29,995 nt of DNA from positions 1 through 29,995 of the forward strand of contig CBDANQ010000010.1 of NCBI GenBank assembly GCA_965197725.1. The letters are read 5' to 3'. The notes under the pieces are model-generated. The model searched no databases. It was not told the origin of the DNA and saw nothing but the letters and a program-made list of their open reading frames with translations. This document shows, piece after piece, positions 25,515 to 29,995 of this stretch (position 1 is the stretch's first letter; each line of letters opens with the position of its first letter). Made by a program: the position numbers and the translations under genes. Source of the DNA: Longimicrobiales bacterium (GTDB lineage Bacteria; Gemmatimonadota; Gemmatimonadetes; Longimicrobiales; Gaopeijiaceae).

Positions 25515-26110
25515 GGATAGGAGCTACAACCGGCCTATCGACGGGGGAGGTGGGGTAGGTCGGGGTGTGTCGTGGGACGCGGAGGATGGGCGGCGGGGTC
25601 GGGCCGATAGCGGTCGCCGAGCGAGGCGAGGCCAGGGCTCGGATGATGGAGAGGGACGTGAGGATGTTCAGACGGGCGGAAGGGTGTGGCCGAATGGCTC
25701 AGCTTGTCCGGGCAGACATCGGGAGGTGGACCCTCAAGGGTCGAACTCGTCGGGCAGCGACTGATCGAACACGAAGTCTGGTACGGGCTCGGCCTCGGTG
25801 GGATCGAAGGCCGGAGTTTGATCCAGGAAGTCACCTTGGGGCGGGCCGCGCGCGGGCGAGATGGGCGGGGGTTTGTGGGGAAGCTCGAGGTGCACGAGGA
25901 TCGCGGTGACGACGGGCGGGTCGGTGAGGAAGGCGAGGATCCTCATGGGGCCACCACAAGCGGGGCAGAGCAGCGGCAGCACGTCGTAGATGCGAGCGAG
26001 TAGCACGGCCCAACGGATGCGTGCGGGGTTTGTAGGGCGAGCGGGCTCAGCGTCGATGGGTGGCTGCGGACTTGGGGTCGGGAGCTGAGCGCCGGGTGTT
26101 TCGGCATCGA
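25515..26110 (-). mobile_element. IS91/ISCR-family element remnant (oriIS end plus transposase 3' end)
   Basis: The minus strand ends GGTTGTAGCTCCTATCC (25531-25515), similar to the IS91-family oriIS tail TTGAAxTTCCTAT. It abuts GTAC and lies ~220 nt downstream of the transposase stop. The right boundary is approximate. Confidence 0.75.
25734..26110 (-). pseudogene. Truncated IS91-family (Y2/HUH) transposase, C-terminal segment only
   Basis: RWAVLLARIYDVLPLLCPACGGPMRILAFLTDPPVVTAILVHLELPHKPPPISPARGPP is the typical IS91/ISCR C-terminus. No HUH or YxxxY catalytic region is visible upstream. Confidence 0.85.
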
Positions 26111-26826
26111 CAAGGGGAAGTCGTGGCATGTCCCGTCTTTCTGCAAGAAAGCAGCGGCGCGAGGTCCCCCTCCGTGGCCGGAGCATCTCGCCGATCCCGA
26201 CGCATGGCACGATATACGAGAGGACTGCGTTCCCGCACCGGGCCCGCGACCACGGCGGCTGAAGGAACGGACGTCGGCCGCAAAGAGCAAGCCGGCGGTA
26301 GACGGCCCCCCCAATGGGTGAGTCCATGCTTCACCGGTCAGCACGCGATACTGTGACTCAGTAGAGATGACGGATCAGGACCCTGGGCGTCGCGCTTGAC
26401 GGCCATTCCGGTTCTACGCCGTGGACAGTCGACGCCCACGTGTGGCGTCGTACTCTTTCAACGCCCCAACGACCGGGTATCCGACGGCGGTCTCGGGCTG
26501 TCAGATGCGAGGCCGTATCGGCTTCACCCGCCGATTCAATCAATGAGGTGGCGCGACGCGGTCCCCTGCTTGCGCGATTCGGGAGGCTGGCCCAACATGT
26601 TCTTCGTACGAATGGTCCGTCTGCCGTCCTCCCCCCCGACGGTGTGGGCCAAGGGCGCTCTACCGAATGGCTACAGCGCTAACCCAACGAGTTCGAGAGG
26701 TACTGCCCCTGCCTTCGAGAGACACGTGAGCGCGACCGGCCTCTAATGGTCTGTCGCCGATAGGGACACATACGCAGTTCACCCGACTCTTCTTGGCGAA
26801 ATCCCGCCGTGGGAGAGAGTAGAATC

Positions 26827-27369
26827 GTGAATGAGCAACCAACTTATAAGGACGCCAAGCCCTCGAGCGGGTCAGTTTGGGGCGGGCGACTGGCAGCAGC
26901 GATAGCGGGCGGGGTGGTGACCTCCGCAGCACTCTTGTGGACGTCGGCACGGGAAATGGGCACGCGGGAGTTCGAAGTAAGAACCGTGCGGGGAAACCGC
27001 CGTGCGCAACTTGCAAGGGGAGCTCCTGAATATCTTGGCGAGCAAGGAGGTGTCTGCCGGCGACGATTTCACAAAAGTTGTGTTCCTAGGTGCACTGCAT
27101 GGCAACTTTAGTGAACAGTTCGATACTAGGACCGTATTTGAGGCCTATATGCTCAGGAAGTGAAGGGTCCCGTCGCTCGTCGCGAACTGAGGCGTCTAGC
27201 GGAACGCGTGTCTCGCCGCCAGTCCGAGTACCTCAAAGCGCATGGCGGAGTAGGAATCCGGTGCGTGTTGGACTGGCCGGTTGATGGTACGACTGGAACC
27301 ACGCTCAAGATCACCGGGCACGATATGCTATTGCGCCTACCGAGCGAGCCGATCCGAAGATGGGACTGA
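26827..27369 (+). pseudogene. Hypothetical membrane-anchored protein with two frameshifts, cut off by the IS3 end
   Basis: Frame +1 (GTG 26827) carries a TM helix. Frame +2 continues ETAVRNLQGELLNILASKEV...FDTRTVFEAY. Frame +1 resumes AQEVKGPVARRELRRLAERVSRRQSEYL. Its final TGA (27367-27369) is the first three bases of the IS. Confidence 0.55.
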
Positions 27370-28017
27370 ACCGGTCCCGGTTTCCTGGACAAGTGGGCGG
27401 CGTAATCAGGCCGCCATGCGGGTGAGCTGCTCGCGGACCTCGGCCGGGGTCTTGTGGCCGTGCCGCTCGATGAGCCAACCGCGGTTGTAACGCTCGATGA
27501 AACCTCCGATCACCGTCCTCGCCTCCTCCAGGCTCTCAAAGTCGTGCAGGTAGAGGCACTCTTCCTTCAACGTCCTGATGAACCGCTCGATCACGCCGTT
27601 GCACTCGGGCTCGCCGACGTAGGAGGCCGTCGAGCGGATGCCGAGCCAGGCGAGTGCGCCCTGGAACTGGTGTGTGGTGTACTGGGGACCCCAGTCGTGT
27701 CGTAGCCCGAGGCCGAGCGCGATCTTCGGAGCGTAGCCGTCCATGTAGGTCCTCACACCCTGACGGATCGGCTCGAGCGCCGCCCACCGGTCACCCTTCT
27801 TCGCGACGTGCCAGCCGACGACATCGCTCACGCAGTGGTCGACGGCCCCGAAGAACCAGCACCAGCCGTCGGCCTTCGTATAGAATCTGGTCGCATCCGT
27901 GCCCCACAGCTCGTTGGGCGTGTCCGTCGTGATTCGGCCGCTGTGGCTGCGGTCGCCCCGGGGATGCCTTCCCTTACGCACCGGCGCCAGGAGTCGGTTC
28001 TCTCGCATGAGCCTCAG
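27367..28017 (-). mobile_element. Outer (older) IS3-family copy: right end and 3' part of orfB
   Basis: A 651-bp direct repeat of 28018-28668 with two substitutions seen (27656/28307 and 27675/28326). It begins with the terminal repeat TGAACCGGTCCCGGTTTCCTGGACA. Confidence 0.92.
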
Positions 28018-28056
28018 TGAACCGGTCCCGGTTTCCTGGACAAGTGGGCGGCGTAA

Positions 28057-28938
28057 TCAGGCCGCCATGCGGGTGAGCTGCTCGCGGACCTCGGCCGGGG
28101 TCTTGTGGCCGTGCCGCTCGATGAGCCAACCGCGGTTGTAACGCTCGATGAAACCTCCGATCACCGTCCTCGCCTCCTCCAGGCTCTCAAAGTCGTGCAG
28201 GTAGAGGCACTCTTCCTTCAACGTCCTGATGAACCGCTCGATCACGCCGTTGCACTCGGGCTCGCCGACGTAGGAGGCCGTCGAGCGGATGCCGAGCCAG
28301 GCGAGTTCGCCCTGGAACTGGTGTGCGGTGTACTGGGGACCCCAGTCGTGTCGTAGCCCGAGGCCGAGCGCGATCTTCGGAGCGTAGCCGTCCATGTAGG
28401 TCCTCACACCCTGACGGATCGGCTCGAGCGCCGCCCACCGGTCACCCTTCTTCGCGACGTGCCAGCCGACGACATCGCTCACGCAGTGGTCGACGGCCCC
28501 GAAGAACCAGCACCAGCCGTCGGCCTTCGTATAGAATCTGGTCGCATCCGTGCCCCACAGCTCGTTGGGCGTGTCCGTCGTGATTCGGCCGCTGTGGCTG
28601 CGGTCGCCCCGGGGATGCCTTCCCTTACGCACCGGCGCCAGGAGTCGGTTCTCTCGCATGAGCCTCAGCACCCTGTTCTTGCCCACCCAGATCCCCTTGG
28701 GCCGCAGCCGTACCCTCACCTTCCGGTGCCCCTCGCCGAGGAAGTCGCTCTCCTCGAGTACCTGCCGGATCTCTTCCACCAAGGCCTCGTCGCTCAGCTC
28801 CGTTTTGGGGCCCCGCTTCTTCGGCTCCCTCGACTCATCGTTGCCTCGCTCCTCAGCCTGGTAGACCGTCGAGCGAGCGATGCTCCAGACCTCGCAGATC
28901 ATCGTCAGCGGGTAGCGCCGTCCCGTCGCCGGACTCAT
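28057..28938 (-). CDS. IS3-family transposase OrfB (rve/DDE integrase core)
   Basis: HTH-like region GHRKVRVRLR..GIWVGKNRVLRLMRE. DDE motifs LWGTDAT, LRHDWGPQY and NGVIERFIRTLKEE. Confidence 0.93.
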   Translation of the reverse strand: MSPATGRRYPLTMICEVWSIARSTVYQAEERGNDESREPKKRGPKTELSDEALVEEIRQVLEESDFLGEGHRKVRVRLRPKGIWVGKNRVLRLMRENRLLAPVRKGRHPRGDRSHSGRITTDTPNELWGTDATRFYTKADGWCWFFGAVDHCVSDVVGWHVAKKGDRWAALEPIRQGVRTYMDGYAPKIALGLGLRHDWGPQYTAHQFQGELAWLGIRSTASYVGEPECNGVIERFIRTLKEECLYLHDFESLEEARTVIGGFIERYNRGWLIERHGHKTPAEVREQLTRMAA

Positions 28939-29306
28939 TCGCTGCCGCGCTTCAAGAGCTTCTTCAGGTCGTCCCCGTAGCCCCTTTTTTCGAGGAGCTC
29001 GCTCGCGAGCTCCATCCGCATCGTCACCTCGCCCAGCTTTGCCCGGGTCCGGATCAGCTCACGTTCCCCGGGATCGCGGCTACGGCGTTTCAGACCTTGC
29101 TGACCTCCCTCCAGGAACACGCGCCGCCATTCCTCGAGCTCCGCAGGCGAGACCTGGACCTCACGGCTCACTTCGCCCAGGTCCTCCCCGCGTAGCAGTC
29201 GCAGCACCACCTCCGTCTTCTGCCCCGCGCTCCAACGCTTGGGCAGCTCCGCCCTTCCTTCACGACCTTCGGTCGCTTTCGACTCCCCAGGCTTGGGAGA
29301 CATCAA
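28935..29306 (-). CDS. IS3-family transposase OrfA (HTH)
   Basis: RWSAGQKTEVVLRLLRGEDLGEVSREVQVSPAELEEWRRVF, followed by a coiled-coil; ATGA overlap with orfB. Confidence 0.9.
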   Translation of the reverse strand: MMSPKPGESKATEGREGRAELPKRWSAGQKTEVVLRLLRGEDLGEVSREVQVSPAELEEWRRVFLEGGQQGLKRRSRDPGERELIRTRAKLGEVTMRMELASELLEKRGYGDDLKKLLKRGSE

Positions 29307-29374
29307 AACACCCCCTCTCTCTGGACCCCATCGTCGCTGCCAATCTACTGTCCAGAGAAATCGGGGGCGCTAAA

Positions 29375-29500
29375 TCAGCACCCTGTTCTTGCCCACCCAG
29401 ATCCCCTTGGGCCGCAGCCGTACCCTCACCTTCCGGTGCCCCTCGCCGAGGAAGTCGCTCTCCTCGAGTACCTGCCGGATCTCTTCCACCAAGGCCTCGT
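29375..29500 (-). mobile_element. Continuation of the outer IS copy, truncated at 29500
   Basis: Matches 28665-28790 and then diverges abruptly. The outer copy has no orfA and no left IR. Confidence 0.92.
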
Positions 29501-29995
29501 GGGTCTTCAACGTGCATGGCATCGAAACGTATCTGATCGCGCCGAGGCATCCCAACGACTTCGCCGTGCTTGCTGAAACGCTCCGATCCCGTCCTGGAAC
29601 CGAAGACCTCGATCTGGTGGTTGGCGTCAAAGGTCCGCTCGCACCGCCGGAGCTCTGCAACGGGCTCGTGCTGCCGATCGTCGTGTTCGATCAGATCTTT
29701 CCGTTCGATCGATCGGAATTGATCGCTGCAATTCCACGACCAGACGATGCCGACGAGAGCTTCTCGGCGGTCGCCGAAGAGCTGTTGGATTCGGTGCTCC
29801 AGCTCGCGGACAACGCGGGCGCCACCGATGAGCACCGAGCTCTGAACTACCTGTGTGTGCGCTATCCGGCGATCTACGCGACCGCGGCAGGCGCGCTCCA
29901 GGGCAACGCCAGCCTCAGCTCCGTAGACGTGAAGCTCTCACCCGTGAGCAACGTTCGAGAGATCGTCGACGTCGTTTTCGCGTTCACGAATCGAG
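29500..29995 (+). pseudogene. PatA/PatG cyanobactin maturation protease family C-terminal DUF (PatG_D/PatG_C-type), 5'-truncated and running off the window
   Basis: Frame +1 has no stop to the edge: WVFNVHGIETYLIAPRHPNDFAVLAETLRSRPGTEDLDLVVGVKGPLAPPELCNGLVLPIVVFDQIFPFDRSELIAAIPRPDDADESFSAVAEELLDSVLQLADNAGATDEHRALNYLCVRYPAIYATAAGALQGNASLSSVDVKLSPVSNVREIVDVVFAFTNR. CNGLxxPIVxFDQI and DNAGATDEHRALNYL are hallmark motifs of this family. Confidence 0.88.

Larger units (their letters stand above)
28018..29374 (-). mobile_element. Complete IS3-family insertion sequence (1357 bp), inner copy
   Basis: Imperfect terminal IRs: TGAACCGGTCCCGGTTTCCTGGACA (from 28018) versus TTTAGCGCCCCCGATTTCTCTGGACA (reverse complement, from 29374). 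It carries orfA and orfB and is flanked by TCAG at 28014-28017 and 29375-29378. Confidence 0.92.

Noticed and set aside
25686..26003. 105-aa + strand ORF after folC
   Set aside because: It is the in-register antisense of the IS91 transposase C-terminus.
27367..28668. 651-bp direct repeat as a plain tandem duplication or assembly error
   Set aside because: Two substitutions between the copies, the TCAG duplication and exact resumption of the outer copy at 29375 fit nested insertion better.
29260..29835. 191-aa minus-strand ORF at the right end
   Set aside because: It is a chimeric shadow frame across IS pieces and the antisense of the PatG-type gene. The + strand frame carries the real motifs.
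1..29995. tRNA, rRNA, integrase/att site or defence genes
   Set aside because: I found no cloverleaf or rRNA-like segment, no recombinase and no recognisable defence domain by eye. tRNAscan-SE and Rfam scans would be needed to exclude small RNAs.

Overview
GC-rich bacterial DNA; the gene order and protein style suggest Gemmatimonadota (inference only). Bases 1-25496 are core genome. They hold the 3' end of gatB, a convergent pair (Zn-dependent phospholipase C-like gene and a DUF948-like gene), a hidden PTS IIA relic, murA with Asp in place of the fosfomycin-target Cys, and a phasin-like gene. A ~21 kb co-directional run follows: rimP-nusA-L7Ae-infB-DUF503-rbfA-truB-ribF-rpsO-pnp-M16 peptidase (split by a 1-nt frameshift)-ald-dut-mreBCD-mrdA-rodA-accD-folC. 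From ~25510 the window is a decayed accessory region: an IS91/ISCR-type remnant with an oriIS-like end, a doubly frameshifted membrane-protein gene, and an IS3-family element inserted into a near-identical copy of itself with a TCAG target duplication. At the right edge is a 5'-truncated gene for a PatA/PatG cyanobactin-protease-type C-terminal DUF, which the ORF track misses. That PatG-DUF gene is the best lead to an uncharacterised system, which would lie mostly beyond the window. All family calls come from motif recognition by eye; no searches were run.
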